Source of the DNA: Octopus bimaculoides
Taxonomy: Eukaryota
Reading direction: 5' to 3'
DNA: 64,000 bases
Assembly: GCF_001194135.2 (NCBI RefSeq)
Contig: NC_068991.1
Location: 32,021,923-32,085,922 of the forward strand
Both the position numbers and the translations under genes were made by a program. The notes beneath the pieces are model-generated. The model was not told where the DNA came from. It saw only the letters and a list, made by a program, of their open reading frames with translations, and ran no database searches. Within the stretch, counting starts at the first letter, position 1; every line of letters begins with the position of its first letter. Shown one piece after another: positions 26,445 through 39,795 of the stretch.

Positions 26445-26514
26445 TGTTAATAATTATTGTCATTCCATTAAACCAGGAACCAATGTAAGTCAAAACCCAC
26501 AGGAGGAGGCCAAA
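26445..26514 (-). CDS. RTN: Reticulon RHD exon (70 nt): FGLLLWVLTYIGSWFNGMTIIIN
   Basis: Matches the F...W..TY.G..FNG.T consensus; ttgcag| acceptor and |gtaagt donor; conserved 70-nt size. Confidence 0.96.
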
Positions 26515-26878
26515 CTGCAAAAGATGGAGAGTTAAAATATTATTATTATCTGCATGCTTATATTTGTGTATGTGTATACACACACTATGTAGACCCAACA
26601 AAGGCACTGGCTTTTGTGTATTATTAACTAGGCATAAGCCAAAATGTATGAAAAAGAAACCAGTGTTGTCAGTTTGCAAATTAATCAAGTTCCAACCAGA
26701 AATAAAAACTTGGCCAAAACCATATCAGGTAAAACTATTGCAATGGCAAAGTTAATGTTTCCACCAACAGAACCTGAAAAATATTTAAAATCACTGATAC
26801 TTTACATGTAACAGGTAAAGTCAATGGCATGGAGTTGGTAATTGCTTTATACAAAATGTCCTGATTTATATTGACCAT

Positions 26879-26915
<37 letters not shown>

Positions 26916-27387
26916 GGAGAGAGAGAGAGAGAGAAAGAGGGAGAGAGAGAGNNNNNNNNNNNNNNNNNNNNNNNNNNNNNNNNNNNNNNNNNNNNNNNNN
27001 NNNNNNNNNNNNNNNNNNNNNNNNNNNNNNNNNNNNNNNNNNNNNNNNNNNNNNNNNNNNNNNNNNNNNNNNNNNNNNNNNNNNNNNNNNNNNNNNNNNN
27101 NNNNNNNNNNNNNNNNNNNNNNNNNNNNNNNNNNNNNNNNNNNNGTCATAATGCTGCAAATACATCTGTACAGATCAATGGAGGTTTCTTCGATATTTTT
27201 ATAGCCACTTTAGACAGTCCAGAGGCATATATTTGTCATATTCCAAATATCAGCTTAATAATGGAAAAGTAATTTTATTAAACCCTTAAAATCCTGGATT
27301 ATTTTCGAAGTAAACTGAAACACATAACCAATATTCTTCATGGGAAATATGACTGTAAAACAGTTAAGAAATTTTCAAACTTATTTA

Positions 27388-28270
27388 TGTGGACTGATGA
27401 ATAAGTATCCAGACTGTTGCCACAGTAGTGAAGCTAAAGCATGCAGAGTAAAGCCGCTTGGCACAGATTGACCTTGAACTCAGCTGTGCATGTACAGTAA
27501 GATTTAATGTTCTAGCTCACTTCTGCTGTTTACAGCAGTGCTTAGAAGGAAGGTGTGTAGAATGTATTTGTTGCATTGACCATGATGGAGAAAGTTGAGT
27601 AGAGAATCTGCATCAAATTTTGCCAAAAGCTTGGTGATACTTGCTCAGAGGCCTACACAAAGTTTTCAAAAAGTTTTCATTGTTCTCAACATAATCACGG
27701 AGATCTTGTGTAACTGAAGCCCAAGTGTCTTTTTTGTCAGCTGAACACAGTTTTGGCACACATGCGTCTCATACCCAAATCTTTAGTGATAACAGACTGA
27801 ACTGAATTGTAACTAATCTACACATCCTCTGATGACTCATGGATGGTGATTCAACTATTTCCCCTCACAGCTGCATGCACATCTGTGATATTTTTCTCAG
27901 TTCTGCTGGTTGTGAGTCTCTCAGAATGTTCATCAATATCGACACTTTTTTGGCTATCTTGGAAATGTCTGAACCACTCGTACACTTGTGTGCAACTCAT
28001 ACACTCCTCTCCATACACTTTCTGCAACTTTGCATAGGCTTCTGAGCAGGTATTGCCATGACAACTTTCTCTGTCATGGTCAATGCGACGATCACATGCT
28101 ACATACCTTCCTTCCAAGCAGTGCTGTAAGCAGCAGAAGTGAACCAGAACATTAAAACTTAGTGCGCATGCACAGCAGAGTGAAGGTCAATCTATGTTAA
28201 GTGGCTTTACTTTGCATGCTTTAGCTACATTACTATGGCAACAGTCCAAATACCTATTGATTAGACCTCG
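27388..28270. mobile_element. Fold-back mariner derivative built from two 5' ends
   Basis: 27388-27672 is an inverted copy of about 27990-28270. The minus strand encodes a mariner N-terminus (AYAKLQKVYGEECMSCTQVYEWFRHF). TA at both ends. Confidence 0.85.
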
Positions 28271-28596
28271 TAAATTAGTATTCTTTTTAAGTTTAATGAA
28301 TTAATTAAAAATACATTCAACTCTATTGCTGAATAATTTAGACAGATGAGTAGAGAGGTTCATAGTTAAAACTTGTAGACTGGTGCAACAGCTGTTGATT
28401 TAGACAAACATCTGCTGATAAGATCTGTTTTGTGTAGTGTGAGAGGGTGGAAAGGAGAGAGGGGAGTGCAAAATTGTTGCCTTGACAACCATTCATTATA
28501 CATATCAAAAGAATTCAAAAGGTATTTTGTCTTGACACACACATTTCATTAAAAATATGTGAGAAATGAGAAAGAACAAAAATTCAATGGCTGCAA

Positions 28597-28828
28597 AGTT
28601 GTTTTAGTCATTGGACTGTGAACATGCTGGAGCACCACCTTGAAGGCTTTAGTCAAACAAATTGATTCCAATACTTAACATTTTTTAAAGCCTGGTACTT
28701 ATTCTATTGATCTCTTTTTGCTGAACTGCTAAGATACAAGGACATAAAAAAACCAGCACCAGTTGTCAAGTGGTAGTTGAGGACAAATACAAAGATGCAC
28801 ACACACACACACATATATATGTATGTAT

Positions 28829-28881
<53 letters not shown>

Positions 28882-29174
28882 ACAAAGGAAAAATTTTATG
28901 GTCACTAATTGTGACTGAGGGTGCCAAAGCACCTATATTGTAAGAAATAAGAGTTAAAAACTTAATACTGTATGAAGCACACAATATATATACACTGACA
29001 GGGGATAGACACAATGATTTTCTTTAGTTTCCATCTACCAAATCCACTTGCACAGCTTTGGTCAGCCCAAAGCTATAGTATAAGACACTTGCACAAGGTG
29101 TTACACAATGAGACTGAATCTGGAACCATGTGGTTGGGAAGCAAACCTTTTGCTACACAGTCATGCCTGTACCT
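28597..29174 (-). mobile_element. CORE-type long SINE with expanded (TA)n
   Basis: Same family, reverse orientation. Confidence 0.8.
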
Positions 29175-30312
29175 ATTTAATTACATTTAATAAGGTGCTC
29201 AGGCAAAAATCACATGTGCTTACAGTTCAAGAATTAATATGTTTGGAACAGAGATGTTAATGTTTGAAGAATTTATGAATTAGTTCCTTCTCTAAGCCAA
29301 AGCGCTATGATTTATTCTAGATTCCATAAAAGTTTAAACAGGTCAGTTTGGCACCACAAAATCAATTTGATTGGTTGAGTGTGTGAGTTGAGAAAGTGAT
29401 TGTACATCAAAGAGGACATTGGTTCAAACAGATTTGGGGGTGAAAAACATAGTTCTTGGGTTATTAGCAGGAAGTCGATAGAACCTGACAATATTCAGCT
29501 TTGCAGAAGAGATGGAACAAGATTGAGATGGTAAACAAGAAATTAGTCAACCTAAGGTAGTAGGAGAACAATATCTGTGGTGTGGTTGCAAAAACTATCT
29601 TTTAATTTGTCACCAACATCAACCTCACTCCCCTTAACCAATACTATATTGATATAGTATTAGAAAAAAAAGTCATGAACATGAAGGAATTCCCCAGAAA
29701 AAGACCAAGGTCTGGCTACCTATCAAAATAGATGTACAAAAGAAATAAACAAGTACCTATGATGCACAGACTTCTCATTAAATTCCTCAACAATCTGAGA
29801 GCAACAGCTGATATAGAAGTGCAGCAGATAATGTATATTTACAATACTGTTTTTTTTTTTGTAACTCAATATGTTAAGTTAAAATCCAGTTTAAGATAAA
29901 TTTGACTAAGTATGAAAAGAATGGGTAAGATTTATTGCTGTCTTTTCACAAGTCTGATAAAATAGATTATATTGGAACTAACAGGAGGAAGAGTGAGTCA
30001 GTGCCCACAGCCTCCCAGAATGGTGATGCTGATATAAATGATACCCAATCTGAAACTATACACATCATGATTCTAACCAAGCTCAACACTTAATGCCATG
30101 ATTTCATTTTACATTTAATTACAGACACAAATTACAGGACCCCTGTTATTAACTTTTATTATCTGAACTAATGAGTAATCTGTTTGAAGTTCCTTAATGT
30201 GCTAGAAATAGTAGCCAAAGTTTCATATTACAACTTGTTTTAAAACGAACTCACTAGGTTTGTAGTAGGGATAAATATATAAGCACTTTTTCTTCACAAC
30301 ATCTTCATAATC

Positions 30313-30527
30313 TTTTTCTATTCTAGGTACAAGGCCTGGAATTTTGTGGGAGGGGGCCAGTCAGTTAGATCGACCCCAGCACGCAACTGGTACTTAATTT
30401 ATCGACCCCTGAAAGTATGAAAGGCAAAGTCGACCTCAGCGGAATTTGAACTCAGAACGTAAAGACAGACGAAATACTGCTAAGCATTTTGCCCGGTGTG
30501 CTAACGTTTCTGCCAAATTACTGCCTT
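30313..30527 (-). mobile_element. tRNA-derived SINE (MetaSINE-like central domain) with 17-bp TSD
   Basis: TSD acaacatcttcataatc at 30296-30312 and 30528-30544; B-box-like GAGTTCAAATTCC; gcctttcat...ggtcgataaa..gtaccag domain. Confidence 0.88.
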
Positions 30528-30582
30528 ACAACATCTTCATAATCACTATAGAATTAATTACATCTCTAATAAATCTGAGAAT

Positions 30583-30647
30583 TAAAAAATATCTTTGCTT
30601 TGTGGTGAAAGATTAATTCTTTCACCACAAAGCAAAGATATTTTTTA
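30583..30647. repeat. Perfect 30-bp inverted repeat with 5-nt spacer
   Basis: taaaaaatatctttgctttgtggtgaaaga-ttaat-tctttcaccacaaagcaaagatatttttta. Confidence 0.95.
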
Positions 30648-31113
30648 TTACGGACTTCCACAGAATTTAGCTTCTTGATCAGCCTAAAGCTATTGTAGAA
30701 GACACTTTCTTTAAGTGTTTTATAGAGGGGTTGAACCTAAAACCAAGTGGTTGCCAAGCTAGTTATGTCATTATCTCATTCTGTATTTTCATTGTGCACT
30801 CACTATTAACATCGGGAAAAAGTTTTGTACAGTCAACAAGTGTACCCTTATGTGGTTGTTCAACCTGCTAGTAATAGCAGTCAAATCTCCCTCAAATCAA
30901 ACACTCTTGAAAAAAATAAAAAGGACACATAAAGTAAGGTAGCATATCTGAATAAAAGATGTTAAAAAAAAAAATGAAGCTCTGTTTGATCAGAGCTAAC
31001 CTGAGATTATTCTGTAACAAATACAACTAGTTTTCACCAAAATATAATATATTTATAGTTGACAAACACAAACATCTTTTTAGCATTCAACAACATTAAT
31101 AATTTTAACCAGT

Positions 31114-31157
<44 letters not shown>

Positions 31158-31326
31158 GCTAATAATACATTCAAATGGGTTTCTAAGTAGTTTCTCATCT
31201 AACCACCAATATTTTGCAGTTTATTACAATGAGATAGAATAGTTGTAGAGCTGGAGAAGCTCTTTGTTGTAAACAATAGATAATTCAATGTGGAATGAAA
31301 ACAGGAGAGGAAGCAACATTTCTCAC

Positions 31327-31465
31327 CTTAAGGGAGTCTACAAGATCCTCAATAAGAAAAAGTCGTCGCAGTTCTTGAACAGTAGCATTGGTATGCTTCA
31401 AGATGAGCTTGACAACCTTCTGTGTTTTCTGGTCATTTAACTCAATGTCACATTCCAGATATTCC
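31327..31465 (-). CDS. RTN: Reticulon RHD exon (139 nt): EYLECDIELNDQKTQKVVKLILKHTNATVQELRRLFLIEDLVDSLK
   Basis: Found by manual translation (too short for the ORF track); ELRRLFL.EDLVDSLK motif; tctag|G acceptor and AAG|gtgaga donor; frame joins exactly to the previous exon. Confidence 0.97.
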
Positions 31466-33657
31466 CTAGAAATTTAAGATTTTTTTTTTTTCAAATTTAA
31501 TGAAAAAACATTTACAACAGAGAAAAGAAAAAGCAAAGAAACAAAATTAAAGCAACTTTCTCCATCTCCAATCATTTCTCAAGCTTGTATAATCTGATTG
31601 GATCTTCTGACTCATTACATTTTGAATTCAAATCCTGTCATAAAAAAATCTCCTTCAATAAATTCTGATCGACCCATCCAAGCAAGGAAAAGTTATTTCA
31701 ATGCTAGAAATAACAGTCACATTTCCCTCAAATCATACCATACCATCTTAAAGTGTAAGGACACATTGAAAGGGATCGTCATAGCTGGAATATCTTTGTG
31801 TTCACTTGAGACTGTGTATCTGCTGAACCATGGCTGGTTGACTTAGGTCTAAACAACAACATATGTAGTCCATACTTGTGAATTAAGAGGAATGGGTCAC
31901 AATCTACAGTGACCATTGTTATGAAGTTTATTAGCTTTCAATTGGACTCTTAATATATTCTTCCAGTATAAATAAAATGATCTTTTATCAATCAATACAT
32001 TACCATGGAAACAGAGAAGTGTATGAAACGTAAGTAATTAGCTAGGTACAAAAATAGACAAAATCAAAATAATAATGATAAAAAAACTCCTTTGATTATG
32101 TAGATTAAAAAATATGAATAGTTGACTGTTGTTAATGAAGACAACAGATAAGTGTTCATATGTTAATGAGGGAATCTCAACAATTGAATATATTTGAACA
32201 TTTGGTCTGCAGAGTCAGAGTTGAGTTGCAGTTAACAAACATGCTCTCAACAAGCTGAAGGTTAACTGCTAAATATGGATTGTGTGATAGCAAATAATTA
32301 AGAAGTATAGAGAGTCTTGTCACCACATAGTTCCTCTCCAAATGGTAATTTCAGTGAACAATTATATTTGCTGTTATATGATTGGTGATAAAAACACTTC
32401 ATAAAAAGTGAATGGCTCAACACATTTCCAGTGTAACACTTTAGAATCCTTCTAGCTACCCAATAACACATCCATTATTATATTTTTCCACTCCATGAAT
32501 CCCAGAATTGATCAAAATTTAATCCTTCTCTAAACCTTGCAAGCATCTATAACATCTACAGCTTACTGGTAAACAAAAAATTAGCTTCCCTTTTTGCCAC
32601 TCCAAGAAGTTTGTATCATAGAACTAGGTGTGGTCTCAAGTGGGTGAGTACCAAAAGGGTAAAGTGACAGTTCCATGAAAGAGGTGCTTCAGTTTCAACA
32701 TTCAGTCTCAGATCAAGCCAATTCCTAGACAACTCCCAAATGAATAAAAACTGATTTTTACCAATCTTTTTCAATTTTATTATTCAGATGACCTCAGATA
32801 CAAAATCTACAGCCATCCTTCCATACTGGTATGAATTTCATTAGTCCATAATCAATAGCTTCTTACCAGCTCAAATTTTTAGTTTATCAACTCTTTTTAG
32901 GTAAAAACTAGGAGTTGATGGCTGTCTTGAGGTCTAATTCAACTCTTTCAGCCAGCCACATTTCCTAGAGTATAATATGATATACATGTAGTATCCATTT
33001 CAGTCCATGCTTTCTTTAATTAACTAGTGTTTATTATATTAACAACATCAGACACACAAGTACACATACATACACCAACATAATACATGTGAGAAATAAC
33101 AGGCAATTCATGATGTTTTCAAATGGAAGCATATACTGAAAAATATACTCCCAAGTGCACTATGAGAATAAAGCTGGATGGTCTTGGCTGGAATGCCTTT
33201 GATCATAGGTCTGCTCAGTCAGAGCTGATGTCCAACAACATTAAAAGGACAGGGCATGAATTAAACTGGAATGCCATTGATCATGGATGAGAATTGGATC
33301 AAAGTTATTAAACAACAACAACAGATGGATTAATTTGATTGTATAATATTTTAATTTCTTCCATCAGACCTACAGACAAACCACTTCCCAAATTAAAAAA
33401 GCAATAGTCAGTTAGCTCTCATGGAGCAAATTTATGGGCAAACTTATTTCAACCAATAATATACAGGGATAGTGTTTCTTTGTGGTGGTTGTTAGCCGTA
33501 GGACTGCTCTGAACATGTAGACCTCCAACCACGACCATCCTGCATTTGCAAGCGATAAAAATTGGCTACATCTATATAGAAGTTGCCTCTTTGATTATGT
33601 ATTTATGGTTCCACAGCTGTAGGTGGTAGTGCAGTAAGACAATAATGAGGAACTTAC

Positions 33658-33865
33658 TTGAAAGGATGTCCATCACCAGATTTTTGGACTGCTTGCATGA
33701 TGTTCTTGTAAACACGAAAACTGAGAGTGACCGCCAAAATTGCCAGGGACAGATAAGCAATAACAGTGAGTACTGAGTAAATTGCCAAGGAGAGGAGAAT
33801 AAAGAGCATGCTGCCAAAGACCACAGCTGTTTTCTTGACATCTCTCCAGTAGATGAGATCCAAGA
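33658..33865 (-). CDS. RTN: Reticulon, first RHD exon (208 nt, phase 1 in, phase 2 out): (V)[68 protein letters not shown](K)
   Basis: Hallmark RHD motifs LIYWRD and [12 protein letters not shown]; acceptor tttccttcag|TC and donor AA|gtaagt; 208 nt is the conserved size of this reticulon exon. Confidence 0.97.
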
Positions 33866-34145
33866 CTGAAGGAAATGAAAAAAGAAAAACAAAAAATAGT
33901 AAATTTGTTACAATTTTACTTAGAAATTTTTTAAGAAATGGATAAAGCAAATGATATAAAAATGGTTTTTTATGTTGTTGATACTAAATCACCAAAATAA
34001 CTGATTAGTGAAAAGACCTCAAACTCACTCAGAATTTAACTAAGAAGGAGAAAGTTTTTTTCTTGAGCAAGAGTATTATTAAAAGGTTCTATAGCTAACT
34101 CTCAAAACATTTTCAGAAATGGCATTAAACAGAAATATTGAAGAT

Positions 34146-34187
<42 letters not shown>

Positions 34188-35485
34188 AGAGAGAGAGAGG
34201 GGGGAGTGAGTGAGAGAGTGAGTGAGTGAGTGAGAGAGAGAGAGAGTGGACAAAGGTGTAGAAACAATGATGGACTTCAGAACTTCATTATTCCAAACAA
34301 ATTATAAAGAGCTCTAATGGAAATGAAAAAGAAAAAAAATATTAATATAAAGATAAAAACTAGACCAGTAGTGTATTTAAAAAATGTTTAAAATAGAAGC
34401 TGTGCACCAATGTGTGTATGCAGACATGGCTGTGAAGTTAAGAAACATGTTTAGAAGTAATGAAAGAATTTATAAACTATTTAAGGAAACTGCATAATGA
34501 AGAACTTCAATGACTTGCAGCAGATCAGTAAAACAGCATTAGATGAGAGTGGATCAGATGAAACACATTATATAAGATGATTCTTATATATTCATAAATC
34601 AATGCTCTAAAACAAACCAGTAAAAACCCAACCATATATCAAAAGATTTCATTTCTCTTAAAATCAGAAGATTTCTTTTTCATAATAAACGGAATTTTTT
34701 TATTCAATTTTTCATTTTAGTAGTTCCCACCCATCCTTAAACAATTGCAATTTTAAAGCACAAATATTAGTGTTAAGACAGCCTGACAAAACTAAACACA
34801 TGCATATATAAGAAAATTCTTTGGTTACAGCAATATTTCATATTCAAGTAAAACAGAGGAGTCAGTTTTGTCGGCAATTGTTAATACAAAAGTTTCAGAA
34901 AACGGAAACTACAGCTTCTATCATTTAAGCAACACAAATAATTAAGTATGTTGTATTGATGTTTTTATTACAGAATTGTTTCTATCGTATAATTTGAGTT
35001 TATTCTGCTTCTGCAATGCAACTGTAAACCAGTGGTTAGTTTATACACTATCTGCAGACACATCAGTCTTGTGATTTGAATTTGTTACTTTCAGGGAAAT
35101 ACCATTTCACCTAGCTCTGAAGTATATTGTGGTTTTTAACACTATACTCTTTAAGTGGATATTTCTGAAAGAAAGAAAATTTCTAGCTTTTGAGTATTTA
35201 AACAATACACATTAAGTATGTCATTGAGGTTGTATACACATATACAAACATATATTCATATGTATATATATACATACATACATACAGACACACATGTATA
35301 TACACATATACACAAATATACCCATGCACATATACACACACACACATACATACACATATATACAATATATATATATATACACATACACACACATATATAT
35401 ATATATATACACACATGTAGATATATACGCACACATTTATATATACACCCACACATGCATATACATGTATACCCTCCCCAACCAT

Positions 35486-35518
<33 letters not shown>

Positions 35519-36356
35519 ATATACATACATATATATATAATATACATATATATATATATACATATACATACATACATATACATACATACATATACATNNN
35601 NNNNNNNNNNNNNNNNNNNNNNNNNNNNNNNNNNNNNNNNNNNNNNNNNNNNNNNNNNNNNNNNNNNNNNNNNNNNNNNNNNNNNNNNNNNNNNNNNNNN
35701 NNNNNNNNNNNNNNNNNNNNNNNNNNNNNNNNNNNNNNNNNNNNNNNNNNNNNNNNNNNNNNNNNNNNNNNNNNNNNNNNNNNNNNNNNNNNNNNNNNNN
35801 NNNNNNNNNNNNNNNNNNNNNNNNNNNNNNNNNNNNNNNNNNNNNNNNNNNNNNNNNNNNNNNNNNNNNNNNNNNNNNNNNNNNNNNNNNNNNNNNNNNN
35901 NNNNNNNNNNNNNNNNNNNNNNNNNNNNNNNNNNNNNNNNNNNNNNNNNNNNNNNNNNNNNNNNNNNNNNNNNNNNNNNNNNNNNNNNNNNNNNNNNNNN
36001 NNNNNNNNNNNNNNNNNNNNNNNNNNNNNNNNNNNNNNNNNNNNNNNNNNNNNNNNNNNNNNNNNNNNNNNNNNNNNNNNNNNNNNNNNNNNNNNNNNNN
36101 NNNNNNNNNNNNNNNNNNNNNNNNNNNNNNNNNNNNNNNNNNNNNNNNNNNNNNNNNNNNNNNNNNNNNNNNNNNNNNNNNNNNNNNNNNNNNNNNNNNN
36201 NNNNNNNNNNNNNNNNNNNNNNNNNNNNNNNNNNNNNNNNNNNNNNNNNNNNNNNNNNNNNNNNNNNNNNNNNNNNNNNNNNNNNNNNNNNNNNNNNNNN
36301 NNNNNNNNNNNNNNNNNNNNNNNNNNNNNNNNNNNNNNNNNNNNNNNNNNNNNNNT

Positions 36357-37534
36357 AATGCATTAAAGAAAATCATTGAAGAAAATGGGTTTCTTCTCGA
36401 ACAGATTTTTAACATAGACAAAACTGGATTGTATTGGAAAAAACTGCCAGACTGTTCATTCATTTCCAAGGAGGAGAAAACTATTCTGGGCTACAAGGTC
36501 TCAAAAGAATGTGATCATTATGTTGGGAGGTAATTGTGCAGGAGATTTTCAGTTCAAGTCATTGCTTATGTATCATGCACACAACTCCGTGCCCTGAAGA
36601 ACATACCCAAGGCATCTCTCCCTGTTATATGGATGGCAAATTCAAAAGCATGGGTTATTGTTGTTGTTTTTAAAGATTGGTTCTTCAATCACTTTATTCC
36701 AGTAGCAGAGAAGTACTGTGAGGAGAAAGGGATTCCTTTCAAGGTTTTACTTATCTTAAATAATGCTCCTGGCCACCCGCAAAACATTGTAGATTTTGAT
36801 CCCAACGTTACCATTCTATACCTCCCTCCGAACACCACACCCCTTCTGCAGCCAATGGATCAGGGAATAATTGCTATCTTCAAGCATTACTATATGAAGC
36901 ATACGCTGCAGCAAGCAATAGCTACAACTGATCTTGATGAGTCCATCACACTTTGTTACTTTTGGAAGAGATATGATATCTACAAGGCAGAACATAGCAG
37001 TGGCATAGAATGATGTACAGTGCACAGCTATGAATGGTGTATGGAAGAAGCTATGCCCGCAATTCGTGAATGATTTTAAGGGGTTTGATAATGTTGGCAT
37101 CAACAAAATGTTGGTGACTACAAGCAAAGAACTGGAAATGGATTTGGAGGAGGAGGATTTCACAGATTTATTTGAAAAAGACAAGCAGCCCCTGACGAAT
37201 GAGGATTTGATGGAGCTTCACAAGCAGCAAAATAAAGAAGAGGAAGTCAAACCGGAGCCACATCACTTTACTGTTAAGAAAATGCAGCAAGCATTTGCAT
37301 ATTTCGAAAAAGGTCTTTCTATGTTTGAAGATATGGATCCAAAATGCTCAATGCTTTTCCAAGATTATGGGGGCTTGTTATGAAGCTTTTGCTCCTTATA
37401 ATGTAATCCTTGAGGAAAAGAAGAATACAGTTCAAGGAACTTTCAACCAGTTTTTTAAGCACACTGAACAACAAGAAAAGCCAGAGTCAGCTGTTGATGT
37501 TGATGATTCACAGCCATCTATATCTGCCATGTAA
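36357..37534 (+). mobile_element. Tigger/pogo-type DDE transposase pseudogene (5' part lost in gap)
   Basis: QIFNIDKTGLYWKKLP, VLLILNNAPGHP, YLPPNTTPLLQPMDQGII and VWKKLCP motifs; frameshifted. Confidence 0.92.
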
Positions 37535-39083
37535 ACTACCAAATTGTATGTCTGTATTGGTAAATTTAAAATAATTTAGTTTTTTTTTACTATTGCAAAA
37601 TAATAATAATTACTGAATTTGTTTTTTAAGCTTAAAAAAGACTTTTATTTTACCATGTCTTATTGCAAACCGCATTCATAAATAAAGCGTCTGTGATCTG
37701 CTTTTTTTTTTTACTGTATTGTATTAAAAAATAAAAATTATTTGTGTGTAAGCTTAAAATAGGATTTTATTAACCATGTATTATTGAAAATGCATTCATA
37801 AATAAAGTCCAGAACTGGGAATGGTTATTATCAGCTTAGCCTAGAGACAAGTTAATTTGACTTGAGTCGTGTCTCCTGGAACCAATTAATGATGTAGGGT
37901 GAAGTATATAGTTGGAGCAAGGAAGACATGTTCTTGTTTGTCTCCTGTCCTAGCTTGATTCACACATTCGCCACCACAACCTCGTTTAGGCTTAGCAGCC
38001 CGTGTTTGTTTTCACCTATTTTGACCCCCCACAAAATCTCAAATTTTATTTAATTTGCTTTACAGGAGCAACTGTTTTATTAAAAGCATATATTGTTGTT
38101 AAATGCTCAAAATACGAGACTAGAAAAACAGCCAACAACTGATGAAGGGTCATTCTTCATGTTGTTTGTTTTGTTTTCCATTTGTGTCTTTTGTTGTTCG
38201 AAAGAATAGTTCATGTTCTATGTACTCGTGCTTTGTCCTTTCTTTTGTTGTACACGTTGCATGACGTCCAGTGCCCACATATGCATATATATATATATAT
38301 ATATANNNNNNNNNNNNNNNNNNNNNNNNNNNNNNNNNNNNNNNNNNNNNNNNNNNNNNNNNNNNNNNNNNNNNNNNNNNNNNNNNNNNNNNNNNNNNNN
38401 NNNNNNNNNNNNNNNNNNNNNNNNNNNNNNNNNNNNNNNNNNNNNNNNNNNNNNNNNNNNNNNNNNNNNNNNNNNNNNNNNNNNNNNNNNNNNNNNNNNN
38501 NNNNNNNNNNNNNNNNNNNNNNNNNNNNNNNNNNNNNNNNNNNNNNNNNNNNNNNNNNNNNNNNNNNNNNNNNNNNNNNNNNNNNNNNNNNNNNNNNNNN
38601 NNNNNNNNNNNNNNNNNNNNNNNNNNNNNNNNNNNNNNNNNNNNNNNNNNNNNNNNNNNNNNNNNNNNNNNNNNNNNNNNNNNNNNNNNNNNNNNNNNNN
38701 NNNNNNNNNNNNNNNNNNNNNNNNNNNNNNNNNNNNNNNNNNNNNNNNNNNNNNNNNNNNNNNNNNNNNNNNNNNNNNNNNNNNNNNNNNNNNNNNNNNN
38801 NNNNNNNNNNNNNNNNNNNNNNNNNNNNNNNNNNNNNNNNNNNNNNNNNNNNNNNNNNNNNNNNNNNNNNNNNNNNNNNNNNNNNNNNNNNNNNNNNNNN
38901 NNNNNNNNNNNNNNNNNNNNNNNNNNNNNNNNNNNNNNNNNNNNNNNNNNNNNNNNNNNNTATATATATATACATACACACACACACACACACACACATC
39001 ACTAAAGTGACAAAAGTTAGTACCAGCATTGTTAGAAATAAGAGCCAAAACAACTCTTAGTCATGAGAACACACTTATCTTAT

Positions 39084-39117
39084 TGACTTCACATTTGATT
39101 AATGCTCGTCAGTGACT
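39084..39117 (-). pseudogene. Truncated hammerhead copy (CUGACGA intact, GAAG, stem III and cleavage site deleted)
   Basis: The ~55-bp deletion in unit 1 removes the 3' half of stem III, the NUH triplet and the 3' strand of stem I. Confidence 0.75.
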
Positions 39118-39408
39118 CTTACCCAGCAGCCTAGGGTTAAGCTCACTCACCTTGTCAGTTTATAAGAGTTACTGTGGAAATCTCACACTGATTTCATAAA
39201 TGGTAAAAGTGCAAATTATAAATAATAATGCTGGCTTATTCGAAACTTAACAACTGAAAGGCAGAACTATAGATGTTACTAAATTGACTAAGCGTACTAG
39301 TTAGCACCAGCATTGCTAGAAATATGGGTCAAAACAGCTCTTAGCCATGAGAACACACTTATCTTATGACTGACAAGGAAGACAGGCTCCCTACAACATC
39401 TGGAGCAT

Positions 39409-39456
39409 AGTCAGATCACCAGTGACTTTGCATTTGATTAATGCTTGTCAGTGGCC
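39409..39456 (-). pseudogene. Degenerate hammerhead copy (CUGACAA, AAAG)
   Basis: Collinear with 40011-40058, 7 of 48 positions differ; G8, G12 and A15.1 are altered. Confidence 0.8.
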
Positions 39457-39747
39457 CTTCCTCAGCAGCCTAGGGTTAAGCTTGCTCACCTTGTCAGTTT
39501 ATAAGAGTTACCACAGAACTCCCACGTTGATTTCATAAATGGTAAAAGTGAAAATTATAAATAATAAAGGTGGTTTATTTGCAATTTAACAACCGAAAGG
39601 CAGAACTATAGATGTCACTAAAGTAACTAAGAGAACTAGTTAGCACCAGCATTGCTAGAATTAAGAGTCAAAACAACTCTTAGCCATGAGAACGCACTTA
39701 TCTTATGACTGACAAGGGAGGCAGGTTCCCTACAACATCGAGTGCAT

Positions 39748-39795
39748 AACCATATCACCAATGAGTTCACACTTGATTAATGCTGATCAGTGGTT
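39748..39795 (-). pseudogene. Degenerate hammerhead copy (CUGAUCA, GAAC, AUA)
   Basis: Same 48-nt layout; stem I shows a compensatory change (AACCA/UGGUU); G8 and A15.1 are altered. Confidence 0.8.

Noticed and set aside
35145-35175. Strong minus-strand acceptor followed by a 54-nt exon-like segment (about 35164-35111)
   Set aside because: The frame needed to join the RHD exon contains a stop; the only open frame has the wrong phase.
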